64,000 nucleotides of DNA from a virus (taxonomy: Duplodnaviria > Caudoviricetes): the IMG/VR virus record IMGVR_UViG_3300001528_000425, positions 64,001 to 128,000 of that record; one strand, written 5' to 3'. Positions 19,685 through 29,409 of the stretch are shown here, piece after piece. A program made the position numbers and the translations under genes. Under the pieces are notes generated by a model. The model was not told where the DNA came from and did no database searches. It saw only the letters and a program-made list of their open reading frames with translations. The number at the start of each line of letters is the position of its first letter. Position 1 is the first letter of the stretch.

Positions 19685-20098
19685 CTAGAATTCCTGTACA
19701 TCCAGACTTAAATGAAGATTAAGCCAAGCTGCTACCAAATGTCGATGACAGAATGATCCTGGTTTCTCGTAGCACAGCAGTACCATATACGGAACATGAA
19801 ATCCTTGTAAGGTAGCCAATGCGTCCTTCGGATCTAGTTGATCCATAACCTCGAGTCTGAATCTTGCAGTGTACCGATCTTGGTTCCCTTTAAACACTGG
19901 ATCGTATTTGTATTCGTTTAAGATCGATTTGGAGGGAGCGAACATAGGAAGCGAGGTACCTTTAAAACCTTTGGGTGGTATTCGCATGATTCCAAACAGA
20001 TGTTGATCAGAGAATATCTCTCTGGTAATTGGATTGAATAATTCAGGTGATGTCTTGATTTTCTTAGCCAACGCCAAGTATGATGTGTAGATTTGCAT
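19685..20098 (-). CDS. DUF488 family protein
   Basis: IYTSY, FAPS and LLCYEKP..FCHRHLVA signature. Confidence 0.85.
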   Translation of the reverse strand: MQIYTSYLALAKKIKTSPELFNPITREIFSDQHLFGIMRIPPKGFKGTSLPMFAPSKSILNEYKYDPVFKGNQDRYTARFRLEVMDQLDPKDALATLQGFHVPYMVLLCYEKPGSFCHRHLVAAWLNLHLSLDVQEF

Positions 20099-20151
20099 AG
20101 TAACTCCTTGTAGTCCACAAAGTATCTATAACAATTGTAAACAAATAAGAG

Positions 20152-20187
20152 GTACTAGGGAGTGGGTTGATACCCACTCCCTAGTAC
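20152..20187 (-). terminator. Intrinsic terminator
   Basis: GTACTAGGGAGTGGGT/ACCCACTCCCTAGTAC. Confidence 0.85.
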
Positions 20188-20188
20188 G

Positions 20189-22096
20189 CTAGCGTACGTC
20201 TTTGATCTTGATGCCGTATCGTTTCTCGAGATTTTCTACAAAGCCTTTCGGCACGACATGAAGATTCCCCATGCACAGTTTGTAGAATGCTCCGATTCCG
20301 ATATGAAGCAGCTTAGCAAGCTCTATAGATTTGATATTCTTGTTCAGTGCTGTGATCAACTTGAGAAGTTCACAGGAACCATTCTCGTCGATCACTGTAC
20401 GCACGATCGCAAGTTCTCGCTCTGATGGAATATTCTCAACCGGAACTGTCATCGAAGGTTCTGGCTGTTTCCGTTCCATCGGCTTTGTTACCGATTTGGT
20501 CGCAGTGACAGCAGATGAGCCTATCGTGAGGTTGAATTTCTGCTTAAGAATGCTAGTACATTTCTTAAGTGAAATCCCCTCACGCTTGTATTTAGCAAAG
20601 GTGCTGTAACTAACACCTGCCATCTCGCAGAATGGTCGAACTGGTATTCCAAGTTTGTCAATATAGTCGTATAATTCTTGACTCGTATTGAAGTGTTTGT
20701 TTTGAAACGAAGAGACGATAACCTCCTCACGTTTCTTCTGCAACTCTTTGGTAACTTTGAATCTACCCATGCAGAACAATTTACTGAATTCCCCTTCTTT
20801 CTTGTCAGTGGAAGAAGATTCTTTTACAGCAACCTTGACTCTACCTTTCTGCCAGGATGGAATATCCTGAATGGGAGGAAATCCCAGAAGTTCGTGGATA
20901 CGTACTCGAGATACATAGCACGGACTTTGTTTACGATGGATTTGAGCCATCGTGATATCTGGAAATCCGAAAGCCAGACTGGCTCCAGTGAGATTGACCT
21001 TCTCCTTCACCATCGCAGCCACAAGATCGTAGGCATCTTGAATCCCTCGTTCTGCCGCAAATTCCTTCAAACGAATAACGAACCATTTGGTGTAGTCATT
21101 GTTGAGGAAATTGTTACGGAACTTGGTAGTCATCGAGAAATCAGCCAACGTATACTGGCTATAATCAACACCGAGCTCACTTTTGGCTTTCACGCTATCG
21201 AGTTCTTCGACATGTAAAATTTCTAGCTTGGCATCCTCTATCGTACACATATCGCTGATGCGTCCGCCGTCTTTCACCTGTTTGATTTGCCAAGACGGGA
21301 CTTGAAGCATCAGCGACAGTTTGCTATAGGGAATCCCATGCTTGTCGATGAGGTCCGTAAATGCTTCTTGGAAGGTTTTGTATGACTTTCCTTTCATCCA
21401 TTCCTTGAAGGCTTCAAACGAAGCCGTGATGTTCTCTATAGCAACGCGACGTCTGAAGACTTGTTCCAGTGGCGTGCTTTTGGACTTACGTTCCTGTCTG
21501 ACTGCAGTCTTTCCGAATAGCCGTTCGATCTCAGCTTTACGACTTTCCTCTTCCTTATCGTATTCCGGGGAATAAGGATTTCCTTTACCGAAATACATAT
21601 TCCACTGTTTCATCAAGTATGGATAATCTTCTACGTGCTCGAGCTGCTGAACGTCAATGTCACTCCATTCGATCGCTCTGTACACTACGTGTCTGGAGAC
21701 ACCATTTGCAGCCAACATTCGTATCTTGTTGACTACGGATTCAGCGGCTGGATACTCGGCCAGGATGCGATTGGCCCAGATGAAGAACATTCTCTTACCA
21801 ACATCAACCTGTTTATCACCAGCCATCTTGATCTGGTAATTACGATATTGGATGTCGGTGTCATCTCTGATGATCTGAGAGATCTTATCGATCACTTTAG
21901 TGGTAGGTGTGTTCGTTGGAGGTTCTGGTTCTTGTTTAGTGCGAATAGATTCTTGTGGAGCTTCCGTGACGAACTTTCTTTGGATGACAGCAACTTCCTT
22001 GGTCTCGAACATCGTCTTAATCAAGTTCCTCAGGGCACCCAACATATCTAAGTCGTTAGACTTATCCTTCGTCTCGAATTCGATTCGTATTCTCAT
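20189..22096 (-). CDS. Large protein with 4-5 tandem XRE-like helix-turn-helix modules
   Basis: 635 aa; e.g. GIPYSKLSLMLQVPSWQI, GIPVRPFCEMAGVSYSTFAKY, IKSIELAKLLHIGIGAFYKL. Confidence 0.65.
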   Translation of the reverse strand: MRIRIEFETKDKSNDLDMLGALRNLIKTMFETKEVAVIQRKFVTEAPQESIRTKQEPEPPTNTPTTKVIDKISQIIRDDTDIQYRNYQIKMAGDKQVDVGKRMFFIWANRILAEYPAAESVVNKIRMLAANGVSRHVVYRAIEWSDIDVQQLEHVEDYPYLMKQWNMYFGKGNPYSPEYDKEEESRKAEIERLFGKTAVRQERKSKSTPLEQVFRRRVAIENITASFEAFKEWMKGKSYKTFQEAFTDLIDKHGIPYSKLSLMLQVPSWQIKQVKDGGRISDMCTIEDAKLEILHVEELDSVKAKSELGVDYSQYTLADFSMTTKFRNNFLNNDYTKWFVIRLKEFAAERGIQDAYDLVAAMVKEKVNLTGASLAFGFPDITMAQIHRKQSPCYVSRVRIHELLGFPPIQDIPSWQKGRVKVAVKESSSTDKKEGEFSKLFCMGRFKVTKELQKKREEVIVSSFQNKHFNTSQELYDYIDKLGIPVRPFCEMAGVSYSTFAKYKREGISLKKCTSILKQKFNLTIGSSAVTATKSVTKPMERKQPEPSMTVPVENIPSERELAIVRTVIDENGSCELLKLITALNKNIKSIELAKLLHIGIGAFYKLCMGNLHVVPKGFVENLEKRYGIKIKDVR

Positions 22097-22140
22097 AACA
22101 GAGAGTCCTTCTGGTATGTGGTTAGCAATAATGCGGATAA

Positions 22141-22186
22141 AAAAAATAAAGAGGCACTAGGGAGGGCGCTGAAGCCACTCCCTAGT
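22141..22186 (-). terminator. Intrinsic terminator
   Basis: ACTAGGGAG/CTCCCTAGT stem with a long T tail on the minus strand. Confidence 0.8.
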
Positions 22187-22275
22187 TGCCGAGACACAGT
22201 ATTGGCAAGAGAATCACGAAACTCGTGTTCTTCCTTGCACGTTATCTGCCCTGTGTTATGGCTTACTCACCAAAC

Positions 22276-22740
22276 TTAGGAGGTCTGGTAATTCCAACGA
22301 CCTTTGCCCAACTGAAGAAAGATCTTGTAAACGTAGGTGTTGAAAAGCTTCCGATTCCTTGGAATTAATTCGTGAGGAAAATTGGAAGTCAATATTTGGT
22401 TCAACTGATCGATTTTACCGTGAGGAATATGCTTGCAGTTACCAAGCATCGTCTTGAACTCCGCTTCCTCCCAATCATTGGCATACGACAAGAACATGAC
22501 GGCACGCAATGACTTGTTCGGCATCTCCTTGTTATCGAGTGCTTTCTCAAGAGCCGCGGCGACAACGATGTAGAGAGAGTCAGGATGTTCGTGGATGTCT
22601 CCCGTTGTCAACTCGCCAGTCGAAGTTGAGGCAACGTTCACGATGATTTGCGGCGCGCCAGCGTGACACCCGATCACAGTCACCACGAGATACAAGATGC
22701 CCGTTAGTAATAAGTAACGCACAATTGAGTTCCTTTTCAT
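22276..22740 (-). CDS. Hypothetical exported or lipoprotein-like protein
   Basis: Basic N-terminus, hydrophobic core and VIG-C lipobox-like site; no obvious RBS. Confidence 0.55.
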   Translation of the reverse strand: MKRNSIVRYLLLTGILYLVVTVIGCHAGAPQIIVNVASTSTGELTTGDIHEHPDSLYIVVAAALEKALDNKEMPNKSLRAVMFLSYANDWEEAEFKTMLGNCKHIPHGKIDQLNQILTSNFPHELIPRNRKLFNTYVYKIFLQLGKGRWNYQTS

Positions 22741-22773
22741 TAATGAGCTATTTGGTATGTTGATTGATTTGTT

Positions 22774-23022
22774 ATTCTATTGCTTCCTGTTGACATTCAG
22801 TATTAACCATCCGGACTTCTTGGCAGCGTCAACGTTCCGGACTACCACCGGGAGACGATCGCTTAAATGAGCGTAAAGGATCGTCTGTATATGACAACTC
22901 TACATGTTACCATGTAGGTGGACTCTTTGTCATACCCGGTGGCACGCGTGAGAGAAGCAGGTAGGGCGCTCTCTCACATCGGAAGAGTAGAATCATAAGT
23001 TACATAAAATGTAGCTGCTTAT
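22774..23022 (-). ncRNA. Candidate structured RNA A (unclassified)
   Basis: Nested inverted repeats: ATTCTA/TAGAAT, CCACCGGG/CCCGGTGG, AGACGATC/GATCGTCT, TATGACAA/TTGTCATA, GTGAGAGA/TCTCTCAC; GUAA tetraloop on the minus strand. Confidence 0.55.
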
Positions 23023-23028
23023 AATTTC

Positions 23029-23793
23029 TTACAGATCCGATGTTTCGTCCTCTTCTTTGTGATCATCGGATAATTTCCTCGCTTCGCTGAATAGTTCGAA
23101 TGCGACATTCTCCAATTGAGAGATATACGGGGGAAGAACTTCCCAGTTGTTTTCTCTCAGGTTGAAATCGTATTTAGGTTCCTGACCTAAAACGAACTTA
23201 CCACGATCGAGTATCGTCATGTCGATCTCCCATTTCTTAGCAAGTGCCTCATGGAAGATCTGCGTAAGAGTCGGAGTTAGCAGATGGTTGGGTCCTCCGT
23301 TGAGTAAGAGAATGGCTATGTGCCAAATGATGGTACCGATGAAGAGTTTGTCATCGGCATCCAAATCACCTGTAACTTTCGTTACTTGCTTCACATACCA
23401 TTCATCCGCCTGTTGATCGAGATCCGTGATCACTTGAGATGTTCCAGCGATCTCTCGCTTTCGCATAAGCATGTACTCTCTCTTGACATCGAACGCCAAT
23501 CGATCGATGACATCGGACGTCAGCTGAACGATATCCGGAAATACTTCCATAACTTCGTTCAACTTGATCAGCATATCGCCATATTCGTTAGACGATATCA
23601 CTGGCTGCCAGCCAATGTCTTTACATTTGACATAGATACAAGATCTCATCGTTCCAAGTATCGTACGTCTGGCATGTTTTACCAATACGTAATCACCGTC
23701 ATTACATGTTTCATCGATCGTGAGTAAGTCCTTCAACTCATCGATCTCGTGTACATCCAACATCTTGGCGTTTTCCCATGGGAAATGTTTCAT
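23029..23793 (-). CDS. Hypothetical early protein
   Basis: 254 aa; RBS AAGGAG; promoter variant upstream. Confidence 0.75.
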   Translation of the reverse strand: MKHFPWENAKMLDVHEIDELKDLLTIDETCNDGDYVLVKHARRTILGTMRSCIYVKCKDIGWQPVISSNEYGDMLIKLNEVMEVFPDIVQLTSDVIDRLAFDVKREYMLMRKREIAGTSQVITDLDQQADEWYVKQVTKVTGDLDADDKLFIGTIIWHIAILLLNGGPNHLLTPTLTQIFHEALAKKWEIDMTILDRGKFVLGQEPKYDFNLRENNWEVLPPYISQLENVAFELFSEARKLSDDHKEEDETSDL

Positions 23794-23828
23794 ATCAGTC
23801 TCCTTAGTTTGTGTATGGCATCACTATT

Positions 23829-23836
23829 GTAATCTA
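23829..23836 (-). promoter_or_regulatory. Early promoter variant TAGATTAC
   Basis: Minus strand TTCACACA-TAGATTAC, with the same TTCA-N4 extension as the exact sites. Confidence 0.6.
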
Positions 23837-23847
23837 TGTGTGAAAGA

Positions 23848-23882
23848 AGGAAGAGATGTGCTATTGTAGCACATCTCTTCCT
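23848..23882 (-). terminator. Intrinsic terminator
   Basis: AGGAAGAGATGTGCTA/TAGCACATCTCTTCCT 16-bp stem. Confidence 0.8.
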
Positions 23883-23916
23883 GTAGGTGATTGTGATTCT
23901 ATCAGATCTCTTCGTC

Positions 23917-24498
23917 TTACTTCACTTGATAATCCTCATGAGGAAGCATGGAGAAAACCATTCCCTTAACGGGTATTTGAATGGGTTGGTGCTGATGCTT
24001 GGGAGGAATAACAGTGACATAGTAGATGATCGGACGGCGGTTGGTATGTTCCCATTTAGTAGCATGCTTGCCGGCATCATCCGTGGAGAGTTCAACCTGA
24101 ACATCTCCATAGTTCGGGAACACGACCTTAAACATGTATCGGATGCATCCGTTCTCATCGCGATCCCCGTAGCGACACTGATCCACTACATGAATGGGAT
24201 AGCTTTTGCCATTGAAAACAATGGTGTCGGTGGACAACTGATCAAATCCACGGAACACGGATCGATGTAATAACATGGACCCGAAATCCTGATGAGTACG
24301 GTAATTGCAACCATTCAGATAGTTCCTGATCTCAGGAACTTTCTTGAAGTTCTCGAGTGAATCGCGGATATTCTTCAGCAACAGATTCAGAACCATATTG
24401 CCGTATTCCTTGCGCTCGAGGTTAGCTTTGGTTACTTGGTTGATGGGTTTGGTGGTGGTTAAAATACGGTTGAAGAGAGATCTGATAGAAATTGCCAT
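23917..24498 (-). CDS. Hypothetical protein
   Basis: 193 aa ORF in a minus-strand operon. Confidence 0.7.
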   Translation of the reverse strand: MAISIRSLFNRILTTTKPINQVTKANLERKEYGNMVLNLLLKNIRDSLENFKKVPEIRNYLNGCNYRTHQDFGSMLLHRSVFRGFDQLSTDTIVFNGKSYPIHVVDQCRYGDRDENGCIRYMFKVVFPNYGDVQVELSTDDAGKHATKWEHTNRRPIIYYVTVIPPKHQHQPIQIPVKGMVFSMLPHEDYQVK

Positions 24499-24527
24499 AC
24501 GCCCTGTTCGCTCCTATATTGGGCTGG

Positions 24528-24938
24528 TTAATGAAGTAAGACGAAACGACCACTTGGATCGTTCTGTAACGAATACCACCAAGATTGGATGACATGTTCC
24601 CAGATGTCATATCGATCGGCAAGTCCACTGCCGATCTTGGATACTAGAAACACAGTATCATCCGGAGAGTTCTTGACGAACTTCTCAAATTTTCTCACTT
24701 CAAGGTTGAAGATAGGCCAATACTCATCGACTTTGAAGGGATCTCGATCTTCACGTCGCGGTTGCTTCTTGGTAACAAATCCGTACGTGTTGGGGAGGTG
24801 TCTCAATGCGGCTGCCCCTCCGGTGCCTTTATGAAGAAGATTGTCTCCATACACGAAGATCCAATTAGGATGCTCTCGCAGAATTTCTTCCGTTACTTTC
24901 AGTGCACCGTTTGACAGCAATGCCAAAGTTTGATCCAT
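24528..24938 (-). CDS. Macrodomain-like phage protein
   Basis: IFVYGDNLLHKGTGGAAAL..NTYGFVTKK and SKIGSGLA glycine loops resemble macro-fold phage proteins. Confidence 0.6.
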   Translation of the reverse strand: MDQTLALLSNGALKVTEEILREHPNWIFVYGDNLLHKGTGGAAALRHLPNTYGFVTKKQPRREDRDPFKVDEYWPIFNLEVRKFEKFVKNSPDDTVFLVSKIGSGLADRYDIWEHVIQSWWYSLQNDPSGRFVLLH

Positions 24939-24977
24939 ATGGCATACACTCCTTGATAATAGAGATTGTGTGGATAG

Positions 24978-25011
24978 AACGATAGGAGCGATACGAGTCG
25001 CTCCTATCGTT
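24978..25011 (-). terminator. Terminator downstream of topoisomerase A
   Basis: AACGATAGGAGCGA/TCGCTCCTATCGTT. Confidence 0.75.
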
Positions 25012-25016
25012 ATTTG

Positions 25017-27266
25017 TCATTTGCTCGGTGTCCAGATCTCGCTCCGTCTTGCGTACGGGACAAGTTCCTGATCGCCGATAAGTTTCCTGGTAAGCTGCAG
25101 TCTAAGGCAGTTCCCTGGTTTCACGAATTTGGTTACATCCGGAAGATAGACGTGTCTGACCGGACACCGACTCCTGACCAGATCTGGTACAGAGAACATG
25201 ATCGGTCGATTGGCATCATAGATACCGATTACCTTCCAAGTCCCAACCACGATCTTTGTCAATTTCCCAGCCTTACGGACACGATCGATCTTGATCGTAT
25301 TCATCTCAGCTGTATTACAGTGGATCACAACATAGTCGTCAACTTCCAAAGGATCAACGAAGCACACATCCTGGATGGCCATCCTGGAAACATTGGCTCC
25401 TTTGCGCACGATATCCGCGGTAACAGGGATACGTTCGACCGTCCCTTTCTTGTGAACCACAAGGAAATCGTTGACAACAGGGATGATCTCAGCATCATCA
25501 GATCCTCGCACTGCCAATCCTTCCAAAGCATAAATGCCGTTGTTCCGGAAAACTACAGTATTCTTTGCTTTGTGATTCAACCGATAGACACCAGTTGCCT
25601 TGAACTGCTTCGGATGCTCCACAGGCATATCCTCTTGGATACCATATTCGTTGGTAACATAAGTACGGTTGAGCGCCGTATAGAGATGGATGTCAACATT
25701 GTCAACACCGAATGCTTTAATGAGTTCGTCGAACTCACCCATCTCTTCCACTTGGGTATAACCGGTTCCTTTGTATCGTACATATCCCTTGTAGGAAGGT
25801 ATGATGCACTTGCGCGGGAACCTCGGACTATACTTGGCATCGATCGCCTTCACCTCTTCGATGATCTGTTCCGGGATCTTCAAGAACCTCTGCTGGAGTT
25901 CCTTGATATCAGCAGATACCTTCTTACTGCGCTCAACGAGTTTGTCCTTACCTTCACGGGTAAGTTGACCGAGCTGTAAGCTGACCAGGAACTGCGCCTG
26001 ATAAACTGTAAGAGCTTGATCTTTGAACGCTTTGCATAGACGAAGGATCGCTTCGTCGTCAGATTTAGAAGAGTTGATGATCTGGTAAACTTTATCAGAA
26101 TGTCCTGCAACAATGATCTTAGCCATCAGCTGACGATATTCCAGAACCAAGTTCACCTGTTTGATTTTCAGCTCTCCAAGGATCGCACTGTAACGTTCCG
26201 TGTACCAAATGTTCAGCAGATCAAAAGGATTTGCCTTAATCATCTTGTCATGTTTATCCATGAACAAAGGACAAGGTTTCCAGGCTTCAGAGAATCCACA
26301 TGCCTTCTTCAATTCAGCAAGTACATCGAACGGGTTCTCACCTCGACGTAATGTGAACACAAGATTCCCAATGGATTCTCCATGGGTCTTGCCCGCATGA
26401 TCATCGACAGAACTGAAATGCTTGGTAATAAATCCGTCTTTCTCTTTCTGAGCATTGCCCAGTTTCAAGAAGATCTTCATCAAGTCTTCACCTGGAGCAA
26501 CCGATTGGATGGAGATCGTCGTTGGGGTGATCTTCAAAGTACCATCCGTAACGATCTTACAATCAAATTCTCCTTTCCTGTAGGCGGATACCAATTCGTC
26601 TCGATTTCTGATCGTACAATACGACGGGAAATCTGGAACCAAATAAGGTACCAATGTGTGGAGCTTGGACTGCCAGTTGGAAGTCGAAGTTCTTAACTCC
26701 ACATACTTCCGCGTCAGTTGACAAAGAGAATGGATATCGAGTGCCGATATATCCGTCTTGTATCCGATACCGATACCGAAGGTACCGGCCATCAGGGCAT
26801 ACGGAATAACCGGGACGAAGTACAACGGTTCCTCTCCTTCATCTGTTTCACATCGAACATAGACGAGTGTTCGAAGGTTGATGTTATTGAAGAACACATC
26901 TCTGGCAAATTCAGCCGAATGAACGTCGACGTAACGTGCGGCACTCGGTGGTTCTCCAGAATAAGTTCCAACACCCGAATCCGAAAAGATCAGTGGAATG
27001 ATGTTGGAGAAGGGCTGACACATAGTGATGATAGCATCATTGATACTCTGATCGCCATGCGGATGGATAGCACCCACTTGACCACCAAGTTTCACCACCT
27101 TCATCTTGGATGTACCAGTCTTGGCCATCCACAAGATCCTTCGATGGATCGGTGTTAAGCCGTCGATCACCAAAGGTAGTCGACGTTTGATAATGAAGTT
27201 GGCAAACGAACTGATGTTATCTTCGATCGATTCGGATGTCGAAACTTCGCTCTTGTATTCGCTCAT
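25017..27266 (-). CDS. gyrA: Type IIA DNA topoisomerase subunit A (GyrA/ParC-like)
   Basis: RRLPLVIDGLTPIHRRIL, HPHGD, catalytic SAARY, GIGIGY and PDFP motifs; beta-rich CTD. Confidence 0.88.
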   Translation of the reverse strand: MSEYKSEVSTSESIEDNISSFANFIIKRRLPLVIDGLTPIHRRILWMAKTGTSKMKVVKLGGQVGAIHPHGDQSINDAIITMCQPFSNIIPLIFSDSGVGTYSGEPPSAARYVDVHSAEFARDVFFNNINLRTLVYVRCETDEGEEPLYFVPVIPYALMAGTFGIGIGYKTDISALDIHSLCQLTRKYVELRTSTSNWQSKLHTLVPYLVPDFPSYCTIRNRDELVSAYRKGEFDCKIVTDGTLKITPTTISIQSVAPGEDLMKIFLKLGNAQKEKDGFITKHFSSVDDHAGKTHGESIGNLVFTLRRGENPFDVLAELKKACGFSEAWKPCPLFMDKHDKMIKANPFDLLNIWYTERYSAILGELKIKQVNLVLEYRQLMAKIIVAGHSDKVYQIINSSKSDDEAILRLCKAFKDQALTVYQAQFLVSLQLGQLTREGKDKLVERSKKVSADIKELQQRFLKIPEQIIEEVKAIDAKYSPRFPRKCIIPSYKGYVRYKGTGYTQVEEMGEFDELIKAFGVDNVDIHLYTALNRTYVTNEYGIQEDMPVEHPKQFKATGVYRLNHKAKNTVVFRNNGIYALEGLAVRGSDDAEIIPVVNDFLVVHKKGTVERIPVTADIVRKGANVSRMAIQDVCFVDPLEVDDYVVIHCNTAEMNTIKIDRVRKAGKLTKIVVGTWKVIGIYDANRPIMFSVPDLVRSRCPVRHVYLPDVTKFVKPGNCLRLQLTRKLIGDQELVPYARRSEIWTPSK

Positions 27267-27427
27267 GAATCCTCCGGTTTGTCATGAAAATTTTACTGTA
27301 TTAAATAGTGTGATTATGTTTAATTTTACCACTATCAAGGTAACCCTACTGCAAAACAATATTTCATTCTATTTTGCACTAAGATGTAAGCTATACGCTA
27401 CTCAATTAGTGGGTTATTTACATTAAC

Positions 27428-27435
27428 GTAATATA
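27428..27435 (-). promoter_or_regulatory. Early promoter TATATTAC upstream of the gyrA-like gene
   Basis: Exact motif, followed by a ~160 nt AT-rich leader. Confidence 0.7.
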
Positions 27436-27465
27436 TGTCCTTTTCTCACATGAAGTATAATAAGT

Positions 27466-27496
27466 CAACTCCACTGACAATAAGTCAGTGGAGTTG
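27466..27496 (-). terminator. Terminator
   Basis: CAACTCCACTGAC/GTCAGTGGAGTTG. Confidence 0.75.
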
Positions 27497-27500
27497 GTAT

Positions 27501-27989
27501 TCATCGTTCAACGATCACTTCAGGTGAAAATCCGAGTATCTTATCTTCGAAGAGAGAAGAGAAGGAAGCTGCTGCAGGTGGTAATTTATCCAATAGATTG
27601 GTATCGATTCCCATTTGACTGAACATCAGGTGATAGGATACCACCTGACCAGACCCGAGATCATCTTCCCCATTCAACTGAGATGCATCTTCCACCACGA
27701 TCTCCAGTGCTCCAGATGCCGTCTTGACTTCGGAAGCGACTCCTACTTTGACATAGAGGAATAGCGTCTGATTAGGACCAAAGAAATCTTCCAGCATATC
27801 CTGGAATGTAAACTTAACTGGTTTCAATTTCGGATAACGGGCCATCAGAAGAGCTTCAACATCCTTGCGACCAAGATCGATTTCAGCTTCTTGGACGATA
27901 TCGATCAATTTACCAACCGATGAAGGAGAGATCCGTCTACCGTAGACAGGAAGGGATCTCTCTGGTGCACGATCTATAACGAATAGCAT
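27501..27989 (-). CDS. Hypothetical protein
   Basis: 162 aa; RBS AGGAGG; CATGCTATAG motif upstream. Confidence 0.75.
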   Translation of the reverse strand: MLFVIDRAPERSLPVYGRRISPSSVGKLIDIVQEAEIDLGRKDVEALLMARYPKLKPVKFTFQDMLEDFFGPNQTLFLYVKVGVASEVKTASGALEIVVEDASQLNGEDDLGSGQVVSYHLMFSQMGIDTNLLDKLPPAAASFSSLFEDKILGFSPEVIVER

Positions 27990-28028
27990 AACGACCTCCT
28001 ATTTGCTATAGCATGTAGAGATAAGCTA

Positions 28029-28077
28029 ACAAAAAATAAAGAAAGGTGTACGTAGGGAGTGGCCACTCCCTACGTAC
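28029..28077 (-). terminator. Terminator (perfect 30-bp palindrome) with TTTATTTTTTGT tail
   Basis: GTACGTAGGGAGTGG|CCACTCCCTACGTAC at 28048-28077. Confidence 0.85.
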
Positions 28078-28100
28078 GTCATAAGCGCTTATGATGATTG

Positions 28101-28538
28101 TTATTTGTCGGGTTCTGATTGCTGAAAGGCCTCCATCAGAGAGAATGTCTCCTTCTTTCCTTGTTCATCAACCAACGTCACAACCACGTCTTCGAGACGA
28201 TACCCCAATACCTTAAGGGTTGCCTCTTCCGCTCGATTGATTGTGATGTTTCCCTTTTGCAATGCTCTTGTCAGGTTACTACCTGTTGAGTCGATTTTAG
28301 TGGAATGTTCGTTCAATACCTCCAAGGCGTATTTACGGCATCTTCCACTAAAGTACTCTCGAGTAATTCGCTTTCTAACAAATATCAAGCGCAAGATTCT
28401 GTCCAGAAAACTTCTGGACTCTCGAACATCGGCTTCGGTGAACAACGGAGTTCCGCTCGTTCTCAGAGCTTCATCCACATCCACCTTAGGACCAGCGAAC
28501 ATGTTCGAGAATGACTCGTCGATGCTTGGTATTCGCAT
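28101..28538 (-). CDS. Hypothetical protein (resembles a conserved small phiKZ-family protein)
   Basis: 145 aa; FLDRILRLIF...GSNLTRAL..NIT pattern; RBS GAGG. Confidence 0.65.
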   Translation of the reverse strand: MRIPSIDESFSNMFAGPKVDVDEALRTSGTPLFTEADVRESRSFLDRILRLIFVRKRITREYFSGRCRKYALEVLNEHSTKIDSTGSNLTRALQKGNITINRAEEATLKVLGYRLEDVVVTLVDEQGKKETFSLMEAFQQSEPDK

Positions 28539-28582
28539 GGGATGTGTTCCTCGTGGGTATGAGGGTTGTTAGTGTTCTTCTC

Positions 28583-29407
28583 TCATTTTAATCTTTTCTT
28601 GCGATATCTCCCTGTTATCACGTTGTAAGTTGTGTCAAGTAAACTACTGATGGAAGGATGAACGCCAGAGCGTTCCACCTGGATCAACAGTACATACCAT
28701 GTCAGGAACTGAACTCGATCTCGAATAAGCTCGATCGGTTCCCCGGTATGCCATCGATAGACCCACTCCACCTGGGTATCAAACCATTCAAAGATCCCAT
28801 TCCTGTCGAGTAGGATCTCATTTGGTTTATCCATCCGTTCGTTTAACTTCGATCGGAAATACAGATCTCTGCATGCAGATAGAAGCTTAGCCTCCGTTGG
28901 GATAATTACCCCATCTCTGGTGGTCAACAATGCTACCAAGGATTTTATCCGCTTCAGCATGTTGAGAGTACCAAGCTCGTGCTTGATGTTCATCAATAAC
29001 TGATGCATGATCAAATCTTTCGGGATGGTGGTAAAGTCCAACACCTGGTCGATCAAATGATCGTCTCCTATCCGATCTTTCGGTTCACTTCGTAATATAT
29101 ACTCCAAGAGGATATGATACTGATGCAAACGTTCCGATAGGATCTTTCGAATGATTCGATGATCGGCAGCATAGACTACCGTAGCCGTGATTGCTTCCAG
29201 TAGTGGATATGGAGGACGACTGATTGAGGTATCATCTACCCAGACATAAACTTGCCTTGCATAGATCTGCTCAGCGGTGATTTGTTCTGCAAGTAGATGA
29301 TACGCTCTATGGTCGAGCTTCTCTGGTTCCATCTGTGAGGTATCTGCAGGTTTCTTGAGTTCTCCGATCAGGTCTTGTAATAGACCTCGTCGAAAGATCG
29401 CAGTCAT
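28583..29407 (-). CDS. Hypothetical protein
   Basis: 274 aa; starts 3 nt after the gyrB-like stop. Confidence 0.7.
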   Translation of the reverse strand: MTAIFRRGLLQDLIGELKKPADTSQMEPEKLDHRAYHLLAEQITAEQIYARQVYVWVDDTSISRPPYPLLEAITATVVYAADHRIIRKILSERLHQYHILLEYILRSEPKDRIGDDHLIDQVLDFTTIPKDLIMHQLLMNIKHELGTLNMLKRIKSLVALLTTRDGVIIPTEAKLLSACRDLYFRSKLNERMDKPNEILLDRNGIFEWFDTQVEWVYRWHTGEPIELIRDRVQFLTWYVLLIQVERSGVHPSISSLLDTTYNVITGRYRKKRLK

Positions 29408-29409
29408 GA

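Noticed and set aside
22805-22845. GAAGTCCGG on the minus strand resembling the RNase P RNA P4 strand
   Set aside because: No GAGGAAAGUC context and no matching 3' P4 strand in the right order
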